Shown: positions 41,704 to 53,300 of the stretch, piece after piece
How the letters are laid out: each line of letters begins with the position of its first letter
Numbering within the stretch: position 1 is the stretch's first letter
NCBI GenBank assembly: GCA_964016885.1
Contig: OZ024741.1
Span: 402,814,001-402,878,000, forward strand
Direction of reading: 5' to 3'
DNA: 64,000 nucleotides
Source: Eledone cirrhosa
Taxonomy: Eukaryota
Program-made: the position numbers and the translations under genes
Notes under the pieces: generated by a model
Database searches by the model: none
What the model was told of the DNA's origin: nothing
The model's input: only the letters and a program-made list of their open reading frames with translations

Positions 41704-41901
41704 GAAATTTTAGTAAGTAAGTTAATTTTTATAATTTTCTTATTTTACGTCTTTCATATATATATATATATATATATAATGGCTGACTGAATACACACGC
41801 TTGTTTGTTTCTCCCCCATTCTCTCTTCCTGCTATTTCAAGCATTAAACTAGTATATTTCTTTCATGTACTGTGCCGTTTGTTTTGTTATTTCCTGTTTA
41901 G

Positions 41902-42096
41902 ACAAAAAGCACCCTGTACTCACTGAAAATGAGGTTGGCACTAAGGAGGGCACACAGCTGTAGAAACCAAGCCAACATCAGTTCTGTATGAGCAAAACAT
42001 GGTCACCTGACCTGGCATTGCTCACAACAGGATAACTTGTCTAACATGGAAAAATGGAAGTTAAATGGTGATGATAATGATGATGATGATGATGAT
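41902..42096 (+). mobile_element. 5'-truncated, diverged SINE of the (GAT)n-tailed family
   Basis: AAAAAGCACCCTGTACTCACTG...CAGCTGTAGAAACCAAGCC...(GAT)n. Confidence 0.75.
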
Positions 42097-42211
42097 ATAA
42101 GATATATAGAGACAGAGAGAGAAGATAGATAAGTAGCATGGATAGCCAGTTAGTGAAATAGATAAGAAAGAAAGTTATACTGATGGATAGATATAGATAT
42201 ATACAAATAGA

Positions 42212-45200
42212 TTTGTTAGCCACAAGGGCGCACAAGAAAAGATGACAATACAAAGACACATGCCGGGGATTTTACATACAGTCATGTAAAAATATTATTA
42301 AGACAAACAAATTTAACAATCGAAAGCCGCAATAAAGGGGAGGCGTTACAAATGGGTTGTTTAATACCCCGTCGATAGAACAACCCTCAACTTCAGGAGC
42401 GTGTTGTGCAAGTGCGCCTTTCTTCCCTTTGCTCTCTTCTTCAACCTACAGGTTTATATACAGAAAAGGCCCAATCACTCGGGCCATTTTTGCTACATTC
42501 ACCCACCTTTCAGTAAATTTACTGGAGTGTAGTGCCTCTTTCTCAACTCTGATTCTCCTTCTAAAGTGGTACCTAAAGAAGGGAATGAGTTGTTGTCCGG
42601 AGAGAAAGGAATCTGTCCTCAGTCCTCTCAATCTCGTCCACCATATAACCTCTTTTACCATAGCCACTGTACAGAGGAAAACCGCCTCTCTTTCATTTTT
42701 GAAAGAAGTTGGCGGTTTGCTCCTTACTATGGACTCAGCAGTCAACTGGATTTGTCCCATACGCGACAGCAGTTGTTCTGAGTAGTTCCACAGGTCGGTT
42801 ACGCCCGGGCAGTGTACAATTGCGTGCAGGATGGTTTCAATGTCCTGCTCGCATCTTGGACACGTCCTCTTGGAAGGATGCCTGCTGGGGAATCCGTGCC
42901 TGAAGATCTTGTCTCGAACTGGTAGAACTCCTCAGAGACAAGTTGCGGGAAGGTCTGTCTCACAAACGGCGCCCACACCGGTTGTTCGGTGAGGAATACC
43001 TGGAGATGCCATAACCTCAGCGCATGTTTGCACACCATCAGCCATGGCATTCCCAGCCCTCTGTTGGAAGGGTGCTGACAGCAGATGGATCTCCTCACCA
43101 GCGGAGCCTCCTTCTTCCACAGGAACTGGAAGAGCATGTGTTCTATCTTGGTGAGGTATTCAAGCGGTAGTAAATGACGGATGCTATGAAAGTATTTGCC
43201 ACCTCCGCTCAACCTTTCAAGGATAGTTTGCACTCTGCCCACTTCTGGGTGAGCGCAAATACCTTGGCCGTGACCTCGTTCCAGTTTTTCTCCACCTGGA
43301 GGTCTGGACCGAACCAGACCCCGAGCAATTTCACTGGTCCTTCCGTCCAGTGTCTGACGACGCTGTCGGTTGGCATCAGTTTGCCTCTCCACGTTCCAAG
43401 TTGCAAGCTGACAGACTTGTTCAGGTTCTGTTTTGCTCCTGTGAGCCTTTCGTATTCCTGCAGTAAGTTGCCGATCGCCCCGATTTCCGAGGTTTCCGAC
43501 ACCACTACTGTTACATTGTCGGCATATGCCGACGCCGCTCTCCGCAGCCCTGGTTCCGACGGGATGCCCTGCAACAGCTCCAACTTCCGCAGTAGTGGCT
43601 CCAGAGTCAGCACATACAGAATGGAGGAGAGAGGGCATCCCTGTTGGATGGAACGCGTGATTGCGAACGGTTCCGATAGGTAGCCGTTCACCTTGACCGT
43701 CGAGCAGATGTTGGTGTGTATTGCAGCGATCCAGCCTCTGAAGACGGGTCCGAAAACGGCAGCCCTGAGAACCACTTCCAAGTATTGATGGTCGACCTTA
43801 TCGAACGCCTAAGACTGATGTCAATTGATCAGAGCCCTACCGAAGCAAGGTTTACACTCCACCCTCTCTATGATGTATCGCATGTGGTGGAGGTTGTCAT
43901 GTATGGACCTGGTTGGAATTGCACACGTTTGAGCTTTTCCCACCAGGTTCTTGACGACAAGTGCCAGACTCATTGCTAACACTTTGGCCAAAATCTTTAA
44001 CTCTGTGTTTAGGAGGGTTATGGGCCTAAAGTTGCTTAGTTTGTCCCCCTTGTTCTCGTCTTTCCTGATCAGCGTTACTACGCCCCTGCCTGCAGGACTG
44101 GAAATTCTCCCGTTCTGCTGCCAGTTGCAGTAGACGGCTTCTAGTATGCCAGAGAAGAAGTCCGGTATGCCTATGTAAAACTCATAGGGTAGACCATCTA
44201 GACTGGGTGATTTGCGTTTCCTGTAGCGGCCCAGAGTGTCCCGTATGTCAGTGGCTGTGACCGGTCTTTCGCAGAACTCGGCATGCATGCCCTAGAGACA
44301 GAGCAGGCCGTCGAGGTATGAACCGAAGTCCATTGCCTCTTTCGGCACACCGCCGCTCTGCTCGGACAGTTGCGCAAAGTGCCGCTGAAAGGCCATCCAT
44401 ATCTGCTTGGAGTCAAGTATCACGCGTCCGTTTTGGTCTTTGAAAGACCGAATCCTGGACTTGTTGCCTCTTTTCGCCTCTGACACTCGGGCCCAGCTAA
44501 CAGCTTTTGCTCCCTCATTTCCTAGAGCACGTGCTCTACTCCTGACTATGCAGCCTTCGTGTTTCTCATCGAAGAACTGGTCCAGTGCCGTTCTCGTTGC
44601 TAGCACTCTAGCTGTGTTTCACCTCCTAAGCACCTCCTCTACCTTGGCTACTAGTTCTCTTTCTGTCTTGTTTTTCTCTAAGGCTAGTTCTTTGCTAAAA
44701 GCTATCGACTCTACTCTAATTGCTCTCTTGAGAGTGTACCACCATCTGTTGTTGACGATGGCTCCCATCAACTGTTGCTTAACTAATCTACTTATCCGTT
44801 CACTGTAGGCTTTACGTGTCGGTAGCAACATGTTCAGCTTCCAGTATCCGGGTCCGTGTCTATGTATTCTATCATGGTTGACTATGCAGGTGACTAGTTT
44901 GTGGTCTGAATAGGCAACCATGTACATTTGTGGACAGCTTAACATTTTCCTCTCTCTCTTTCTAATAAAGAACCTATCTAAATACGATCTAGATGTCCCG
45001 CTGAGATTTGTCCATGTCCACTGTGGTGCAGTCGGGAAATCTAGTCGATACCTATCAGCCAGTTGGAATTGGCCGATTAAATTTTCGAGGCTGTTGCACC
45101 CCCCCCCCCCTCTACTGGGACATGTTCCTACATAGTCCCAACGTGCGTCTAGGATACCATTCCAGTCCCCCACTAAAAGCAAGGAGCGAGACGTTCCCAG

Positions 45201-46420
45201 AAAATACTCTAGACGCTTACAGAAATCTGGCCGGGATTGCCCAGTCGGGGCATAAACGGCCACCAGTCTGAAGGCTCCACCTCCAATACTGTTCACATCT
45301 AGGACTACCAGTCTACTCTCTGGGCACAAGTGTATTTTCTATATTTCGAGGTCCAGGTTTTTCCGAAACATAACAACAACTCCCCCTCCACCTACTGGCT
45401 GACAGAGAGATGCGTAGATCTCAATGTCATTAAAGATGGGGGTTAGTTGCTGCCTGTTGTGGATCCTGGACTCAGTGATGGCTATCACATCCATGCCGTG
45501 TGACCTAAGGTCGTTTAAAAGTTGGCCCTGTTTCCAGGGCATCCCTAGGTCACACACATTCACACTTCCAACTCGTAAATTAGCCATGTTGGCGGAGAAG
45601 AGTTGGCAAAAAGGACGAAAAGATGCACTTACCTTTTCGTTTCCTGGAGATTGGGTTGTTCAATCTCCATTTGGGTGTCGTTGGGGGTATTGGGTGGGGT
45701 GGGGGAAACATTTTAATAGGACACGGTTTATGGGTTTTTGGCAGGGGTTTCCGACGTCCTGCAAAAATTGTTCCTTTAGTTACTGGTAGGTTTCCATCGA
45801 AACCCTTATCAGTTTTAAGTGTGGTGCAGAGTCTGACTTGACAAAGGTTTTCCCCTCAGTTTCTACTTTGGGGTGTTGGGAGATGACCTCCATCAGGTTG
45901 TTGTTGTTTGTGTTAATGTATATGTATTGTTGTTTGTTTTTTTGTTGTGTTGTTTTGGTTTGTTGTTCATTTTGTAGTTTTCTTTTTATGGTGGGCATTT
46001 GTGTTTGGGGTGGTGTTGGTGTTTGTTTTGCTGGTAGGGGAGAGGGGTTGATTGTGGTAGTGTTGTATTGGTGGTTGTGTGTTCGTGTTGGTGATTGTTG
46101 TATTTGTTGTTTTGCGATGACTCTTTTTTTGTTTTTTTTTATTTACGAGGCTCTCCTTCATCTTCACTTGGGAATGGAGAAGTAGCCTCATCTGGTGATG
46201 AATTGTCATCAGGGGTGTGTGGGAGGGGTATGTTGTGTGGTAATGGTGTGTTTGTGTGTGTGATTGTGGTAGTGTTGGATGGAGTGGGATGGGGTGGGAC
46301 TGTGTTTTTCAGGGGAATTGTTTGTGTTTTCTGTTGTTTGTGGTTGGACAGTTGCTTGTTTTGTGTGTTCTTGTTGTTGTTGTGGTTTTGGTGTTGGTGT
46401 TGGTAAAAGTACTTTTTTTA
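42212..46420 (-). mobile_element. Tx1/L1-type non-LTR retrotransposon: disrupted ORF2 (about 42446-45587) and low-complexity ORF1 tail
   Basis: EN motifs GSVNV, DVIAITES, VAVYAP, VGDWNGILD, SYLDRFF, SDHKLV and GPGYWKLN. RT motifs KSPSLDGLPYEFY, NFRPITLLNTELKILAKVLA, QQGCPLS and AYADNV. C-terminal CPRC-x8-H-x4-C knuckle at about 42810-42865. Stops and frameshifts throughout. Confidence 0.92.
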
Positions 46421-46736
46421 GATAGATAGATAGATAGATAGATAGACAAGGTTGATAAATGATATAGATAGATAAGATATACAACGTGATTTATATAACA
46501 GATTTATATAATTGTGAAGGCAAGTATATTTCATGACCGGATCCCTCTCATAATAAATACTAAATACTGTTTTCTGAAGTGTGAGTAATTTTTATATTAA
46601 ATAGTGGGACAAGTAACAGATCCTCTCAATCATTACCTTCTTTAAACAACCATATTTCTTTACAAATAAATATATTATATCAATCTTTATCCTGTTAAAT
46701 TTACCAACATATAACTTGAAATATTTTCCCTTTCAG

Positions 46737-46903
46737 TTGATAGATGAATTGAATACAGAAATTGCCTTCTACAGTGCACTTGTGATTGGTCTAGGAGGAT
46801 CACATGACTCTCCCAATTTCAGGAATCAACTGAAAAAAACACGAAACATATCCTTTTATTTGGTTAAACAAGCTATGGAAACCTTATCACAGCTCTTTCA
46901 AAG
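46737..46903 (+). CDS. RGS7BP: internal coding exon of an RGS7-binding/RGS9-anchoring protein (R7BP/R9AP family)
   Basis: Acceptor TTTTCCCTTTCAG|, donor AAG|GTACCT, 167 nt. Peptide LIDELNTEIAFYSALVIGLGGSHDSPNFRNQLKKTRNISFYLVKQAMETL fits the N-terminal L..LN...A.Y..LV...GGS.DS.N.R..L.KTR pattern I recall for R9AP/R7BP. Paralog assignment is uncertain. Confidence 0.68.
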
Positions 46904-47397
46904 GTACCTTTTCAAGCTTTTCAGATTTAAAATGCAATTAAACAAATTTAAGTGTTACCTTGTTCAAAGGAATTTAGAATATAAAGATATAAAACAGTTT
47001 TGTAAACAGAAATAAATACAAATGGCATCTGATATGATGTTTAAGTATTTTTATAATTTACTTAATAAACATACCATGGCTTATCTTCACTAGTTGTCCT
47101 ATAGAAAGGGGTTAATAAACGGGGTATAGTTGCTTGAATCTATAAATATACTAATTTTGAGCAATACGAAAGAGAAAAACTGTTAATCATCATTTTAAAA
47201 CCTCCATGCTTCCTGAGATTCGCCAACACTATACCTGATATTCCCCTTCCATACAGACGTACAGATGTATTTCATGACTCATACACTATTCAGTTCCCTG
47301 ACATTTGTAAATTATTCTATGTACTATACATGCACCTTTGATGTGTTCTAGTGCACCTGAGCAGTGTACACAATAATATCATTATTATTTATTATCA

Positions 47398-47586
47398 AGG
47401 GCGGTGGATTGGCAGTATCGGTAGAGGGTCAGACACCATGTTTTTAAGCATAGAGTTACGGCCCTTTATGGTCTGAGTTCAAATCCCGCCGAGGTTAACT
47501 TTGCCTTTCATCCTTACGGGGTCGATAAAATAAAGTACCAGTAATACACTGGGATAATTGCTGGACTTGTGCCAAAAGTAGAAACA
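47398..47586 (+). mobile_element. tRNA-derived SINE (second family) with 14-bp target-site duplication
   Basis: TGGCAGTATCGG A-like box, GAGTTCAAATCC B box, body TTTGCCTTTCATCCTTACGGGGTCGATAAAATAAAGTACCAG. ATTATTTATTATCA occurs at both 47384-47397 and 47587-47600. Confidence 0.85.
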
Positions 47587-48147
47587 ATTATTTATTATCA
47601 TCATCATCATCATTTTAATGCCTGCTTTCCCTGCTAGCAAGGGTTGGCTGGGTCTACATAGACCAAGTCAGTACTGAAGCAGTGATTACTGATCTCTCAG
47701 ACAAGCCAAGGATCTGTTGCCATGGTTATGTATGGTCTTACATTCTACTGAGTGCATAGGGGACGTTGTCCTTGATATGTCTTTGATATAACCGAGAGTC
47801 CTCCCAACCCTTTGTTAATCATTAAAAAAGAAATAAGTAGGAAGTAGAAGAGGTGACTAAAGAGAATGAAAGCTGTGGAGAGTGTGCCATGTATTTTACT
47901 CAATGATGGTATTCAAAATGAACAATAAGACCCTTGTTATTAGAATATATCAAAATTGGAATTTTAATATAATTTTAGATTGATAAAAAAGATGATTTAA
48001 AGTTTTGGTTACATATAAAGATATACTTTAGCATCACAAACCACAAAGTCTCTGGAAGCTGCACTATCACCACAGAGATGTTGAAGGTGGGCAGAGATAA
48101 CATGATCCAGTGACTCACCCGTATCATCAACCATATATATATATATA

Positions 48148-48899
48148 CTAGCATTAAAGCCCGGCGTTGCTCGGGGTCAGTAAGTTACCAAAGTTAGGTT
48201 GCACCACCCATTTTATGGCAGCACTTTTTTGTCTGCCAGGCACTGGGTGAATGAATTGCAGACCTGGACTGCCGAAGCAGGAGCTGCGCCAGCAGTGACA
48301 ATTGTAGCTTCGTCTATGGATATTATTTCTGTGCAAAGAAGTGTTGAAATTTATTGTTTCACAGTACTTGCGCAACACGCGCGTAGACGATGCCAGCCGA
48401 ACAACAGAGCTGCGATGGAGTTGTTCTGCATGGTTGTCTAATGTGTGTTTTCTAAATTTAAGACAGTAGGGAGGGGTGTGATATGGGGGAGAGTTAAGTT
48501 CTCTTTGTCATTGAAGTAAATAAATGTTTGACTGTTCCACACTCAAAAACAAACGTTCTCTCTCGCTCTCTCTCTCTCCCTCTCACCCTCTTCTCTCTCT
48601 CTCTCTTCGGCGTTCCCAAAGGAAGTTTGTAAGCATGTATGTAGTTTTATCGAATTTGAAGGGGAGTAGAGAGAGGTAAGCAGATTCTATTAGAGGGGTA
48701 AAGCGTCATGTATTTAGTTTTATCTATTATTTCCGTAATTTTGGGTGAGGTTAAAATAAATAGTTGTTGACCTAAGTTAGACCATTTACAACATTCTTAC
48801 AGACTTTGAGTCGAATCGGTTTGAAATTGTGCAAATGTATAAACATGGAACATGTGAACACACACACAACAACAACAATCTGCCTTTTATAGATAATGA
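48148..48899 (-). mobile_element. non-autonomous Helitron-like element
   Basis: The minus strand starts TC(ATTA)TCTATAAAAGG followed by (GT)n and ends with hairpin CCCGAGCAACGCCGGG then CTAG|T. Possible Pif1 Walker-B relic IISIDEAT at about 48303-48326. Confidence 0.7.
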
Positions 48900-49259
48900 T
48901 ATATGATATATATATAGGAAAATGTTTAACTCCGACGGCAGAGCTCAGGTTGTTTCGACGGCTATTTCTGGACTAAATTAGAATTTTTAGCGTGGTAATA
49001 AATAGCCAAACTTTTCAAGGGGCAATTCCTTATATGGGAGGATTGTAGTTGTCAAAAGGATTGGTCAAAATTTCTTGTAAACGCAATTAAATATTTCATG
49101 GCAGTAGGTGGGAGGTGGGGTAGCTGAACTTGCCTGTAGAACAATGAGGGAGTGGGTGGATCCCGTCAAGCGTTGAAAGTGAATTCTATACAGCAAATTC
49201 TAAGGAGTGTGTATGAAATTAGGATAGTTAGAAAGCAGGCGACAAAGAATTCTGGACGA

Positions 49260-49445
49260 ATCATTCCACTGCAAAGTGGTTGTGGAGGTGCCACAGCAAA
49301 AAAGCACCCAGCACTCACTGTAAATGAGGTTGATGTTAGGAAGGGCATCCAGCTGTAGAAATCAAGCCAGAATCAGTTCCCATCCCACCCTTGCAAGCAG
49401 GGAAAAGCGGACGTAAAATGATGATGATGATGATTATGATGATGA

Positions 49446-49448
<3 letters not shown>
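49260..49448 (+). mobile_element. 3' half of the same SINE that is embedded in the satellite
   Basis: Nearly identical to 16060-16238, from ATCATTCCACTGCAAAG to the (GAT)n tail. Confidence 0.88.
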
Positions 49449-49513
<65 letters not shown>

Positions 49514-49559
49514 AACTAAAATAAATAAGTCAAATGTTTAAAATTTGGCTTCGCTTATT

Positions 49560-49614
49560 ACTGCTATATATATTTCGGTGACAGCCACTTTTGGCTGTGA
49601 CCTCTTCAGGCAGT
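49560..49614 (-). ncRNA. type-I hammerhead ribozyme motif
   Basis: Inverted copy of 50600-50654, differing in the stem II loop. Confidence 0.75.
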
Positions 49615-49852
49615 CCGAATTAGTGTGGTAGAGACGAGTACACATGTTGTTGAGGTGTTTAACTTTGTCAATACTCTGATATGCCCAGTTCCTGGTTGGG
49701 TTGTTATTTCACTGAGGAACTGGAATTTTATTTGATTATCTTATTTTGTTTTATTCTTTTACCATCTTGTTCCTCCTACCACTTTATGCAACATCTTTCT
49801 GACTTTGAGATTGGTTATAACACACACACATTTTATTTTATTTGAATCTTCA

Positions 49853-50110
49853 TTTTTCATTTTCATTTTTCATTTTTCATTTTTCATTTTTCATTTTTCA
49901 TTTTTCATTTTTCATTTTTCATTTTTCATTTTTCATTTTTCATTTTTCATTTTTCATTTTTCATTTTTCCTTTTTCCTTTTTCATTTTTCATTTTTCATT
50001 TTTCATTTTTCCTTTTTCCTTTTTCCTTTTTCATTTTTCATTTTTCATTTTTCATTTTTCATTTTTCATTTTTCATTTTTCATTTTTCATTTTTCATTTT
50101 TCATTTTTCA
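49853..50110. repeat. (TTTTCA)n hexamer-type microsatellite
   Basis: Direct reading; explains the FHFSFFI ORFs. Confidence 0.95.
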
Positions 50111-50599
50111 TTAATTTTTCATTTATTTTCTATTTATTATTTATTTTCTGTTTTCTTCATTTTATTGCCTTCTATTTCTTCATATGCATGGCACAGCCCC
50201 CCCCCCACCACCACCACGAGAAATGGTGGCAGGATGGATGAAGAAACACACACAGATACTTCTAAATGTCAGCAGCAGCAAGACCTAGGCTGACCACAGC
50301 ACCAACACCGCTACCAAAATAAGGGTAGAGGTCAGATGTACTTAACAATAGCAAAAACAATCACTACACGTAGCCTCACCTCAGAAAGAATTTCTATAGA
50401 CTTTTGACTGAGGAATGTTCTAACAACTGACCAATGGGAGGAGAAGATGTCCTTTGACGCTGAAATTCGTTTGTTTAAATTCATATGATTCCAGTTCCTC
50501 AGTGAAATAACAACCCAACAAGGAACTGGGCATATCAGAGTATTGACAAAGTTAAACACCTCAACAACATGTGTACTCGTCTCTACCACACTAATTCGG

Positions 50600-50654
50600 A
50601 CTGCCTGAAGAGGTCACAGCCAAAGATGGCTGTCACCGAAATATATATAGCAGT
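50600..50654 (+). ncRNA. type-I hammerhead ribozyme motif
   Basis: Stem I ACTGC/GCAGT; CTGAAGA; stem II GGT-c-ACAGCCA/TGGCTGT-c-ACC; GAAA; palindromic stem III ATATATAT; AUA triplet, predicted cut after 50649. Confidence 0.78.
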
Positions 50655-51349
50655 AATAAACGAAGCCAAATTTTAAACATTTGACTTATTTATTTTAGTT
50701 TATTTTACATTACTCCGGAGTAACCAAACCAACCTGCGCACTTCGTCGAGTGCTCCAATCTGCATACTGAGGTGTTGGTATACAACCAACATATACTCAA
50801 TATATATATATATATATATATATCATGTATATTACACTGAAAGTTATGGATGTCGTGATTGAGATAATCTCGAACATGTGTCTTGTCTCCCAGAATCAGC
50901 TCATGGAAAAAATTCGAAGAATAACTCTGACCATTTAATCATTATAGAATAGTGAATGATATATATATATAAATATCTAATGATATATATATATATAAAT
51001 ATCTAATGATATATATGTATAATAAGACATATCAAGCTTTAACAGGACACAAAATCGATTATCTAACTTCACCAATATTTGGTGAAATGTATTCATGATT
51101 TTGTGAATGATACTTATGAGGGAAATATATATCATTTTTATCAGGTATCTATGTTTAAAATTTGTGTTAAATTTTAATATATACTGTACCCATGCTAGCG
51201 TGGAAGATAGACGTTAAATGATGATGACGATGATGACTGAACTATGTGTTCTTACATTCTATACGGATTGTCTCTTGTTAAAGTTTGATATGTTCTATTG
51301 TAGATTTATGTCATTGGATATTTATGTGTATATATATGTCATTCACAAT

Positions 51350-51381
<32 letters not shown>

Positions 51382-51419
51382 AGCGGGGTGGGGGTGGGGG
51401 TGTGGGGGTGGGGGTGTGT

Positions 51420-51720
51420 ATCATCATCATCATCATCATCATCGTTTAACGTCTATCTTCCACGCTATCATGGGTTAGACGGGAATTGTCCCACTTGAGG
51501 CAAGACTGGCCAGGTGACCGTGTCTCGCTCATATAGGACTGTCTGGCGGGTTTTCTACAGCTGGATGCCCTTCCTAACACCAACAACGTTTACCATGTGG
51601 ACTGGGAGGTTTTTACAGTGTTACCTACACGACCACATTACAGCGTGGACTGTGTGTTTTTTTGTCATGACACCTACACAACCTCATTAGTTTGGACTGG
51701 ATGTTGTAGTACCAACATAA
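51420..51720 (-). mobile_element. (GAT)n-tailed SINE fragment
   Basis: (CAT)n, CGTTTAACGTC... and TTTCTACAGCTGGATGCCCTTCCTAACACCAAC. Confidence 0.8.
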
Positions 51721-51885
51721 CTTTACAGTGAAAGGGTGGTGTTGGTGGGAGTGGGAGGATGGAGTAGGGGTAGTGGATTGGGGTGTATATTTGGTTAAGA
51801 GGTGCCTACTGATTGTAGGTTATATATATATATATATATCAATAATATTAATAAATGGAAACCATCTTTATAAAACCATATTTAT

Positions 51886-51940
51886 TTTATTATATATATT
51901 TCAACGGTACCAAAATTTTGGTACGCTCTCATCAGATAAA
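51886..51940 (-). ncRNA. type-I hammerhead ribozyme motif
   Basis: Minus strand reads TTTAT-CTGATGA-GAGCGTACCAAAATTTTGGTACCGTT-GAAA-TATATATA-ATAAA. Stem II contains the palindrome GTACCAAAATTTTGGTAC; stem I is weak and A/U-only. Confidence 0.62.
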
Positions 51941-52045
51941 GTACAAAAGTAACATATCCCAAAACAAGAACTTATCGTTTTAAGGTCTGTTCGAATCTGT
52001 TATAAATAAATTTGTTGAATAACCAAGAAATTAAATAACTCTTTG

Positions 52046-52102
<57 letters not shown>

Positions 52103-52349
52103 ATTTATAGTAGTATCTACCATTCTATGTTAGGGCCAATAACACTGTTAGCACTCCATGTACTACAGAAGTTTATGACAAAGAGAGTGAGATAGATCTA
52201 TAATATCAAGACTAATAACATGGAGCTACAAAACTACTATTGATTAGTCATGATATTGATTTATCATGATCAATCAACCTTTTGAAACGATCGTAAAACA
52301 ATGGAACTGATTAAGCACTAAACTTTGTCTTTTGCTTTCATTGTTCAAT

Positions 52350-52412
52350 ACACACACATATACATATATATATATACATATAGACATACATAGATATTTA
52401 TCTCTCTCTGTC

Positions 52413-52447
<35 letters not shown>

Positions 52448-52508
52448 ATATGTGTGTGTGTATATATATGTGTGTGTGGGTGTGTGTATATATATGTATA
52501 TGTGTGTG

Positions 52509-52582
<74 letters not shown>

Positions 52583-52602
52583 CGCACACACACATATATG
52601 TG
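52350..52602. repeat. compound (TA)/(TG)/(CA) microsatellite
   Basis: Direct reading. Confidence 0.9.
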
Positions 52603-52627
52603 TATTACTGCGTCACGCAGTAATACA

Positions 52628-52966
52628 GAGTACCTGACCTCCCATGGGTACAAGCTGAAGCATATAGACAATATGCCCCCACACACCCCACCGCAAGGTG
52701 GTCGTGGAGGTGCCACGGCAAAAAAGCACCCAGCCCACACTGTAAAGTGGACGTGTAGGCGCCACGAAAAAGCACCCAGCACTCACTGTAAATGAGGTTG
52801 GTGTTAGGAAGGGCATCCAGCTGTAGAAATCAAGCCAAATCAGTTCCTGTATGAGCAAGGCATGGTCAGCCGACCAAACACTGCCCACAACAGGACAACC
52901 CGTCTAACCCATGCTAGCGTGGAAGAACGGACGTAAAACGGTGATGATGATGATGATGATGATGAT
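52628..52966 (+). mobile_element. SINE related to the satellite-embedded family, with an internal ~45-bp duplication
   Basis: GG(T/C)GCCACG..AAAAAGCACCCAGC...CACTGTAAA occurs twice, then AGGAAGGGCATCCAGCTGTAGAAA and a (GAT)n tail. Confidence 0.82.
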
Positions 52967-53300
52967 ACATGTGTGCATGTATGTATGTGTATGTATTAAT
53001 TTATCTATGACAGACTGTATTCTGTGTTAATGTTTTAGCTGCCAGCTACCAATGAGTGGCTCTACAACTTCATTTACTTGAAACATCTGTTGAAAGTACC
53101 GCCTCTAATTACATTCTCTTACACATCATAATGCTTTCTTACATTGCTCTTCACAGATCAATATCTTTGCCCTGCACTCTCCAATTCACACAGCTTTTCA
53201 ATACACTACAAACAAACGGAAGAGAGCACTACACCTGCTTGCCCTCTCTGCCACATTAAACTGTTCTACATGTATATAATTCACTAACCTATCATATAAT

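Larger units (their letters stand above)
40909..41759 (-). mobile_element. non-autonomous Penelope-like/retrozyme-like element: partial tandem plus inverted terminal segment
   Basis: 40909-41081 is directly repeated at 41429-41611; 41011-41162 is inverted at 41608-41759; contains a hammerhead motif; flanked by (TA)n on both sides. Confidence 0.7.
49508..50800 (+). mobile_element. Penelope-like element remnant with 219-bp inverted terminal segment
   Basis: 49508-49726 is the near-perfect reverse complement of 50488-50706; both arms carry a hammerhead; (TA)n on both flanks. Confidence 0.7.

Noticed and set aside
47100-47395. Possible 3' end of a CR1/L2-type LINE with (ATT)n tail
   Set aside because: Only a vague resemblance; no translatable motif to support it.
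48032-48086. Short phase-compatible frame ending TTEMLK, reminiscent of a vertebrate R7BP segment
   Set aside because: Weak splice sites, no similarity outside six residues, and the comparison rests on memory; likely chance.
49805-50293. Phe-rich membrane-protein-like ORFs
   Set aside because: Translation of the (TTTTCA)n microsatellite.
52240-52300. GAAACGATCGTA resembling the 3' half of a hammerhead
   Set aside because: No CTGANGA or matching stem I upstream.
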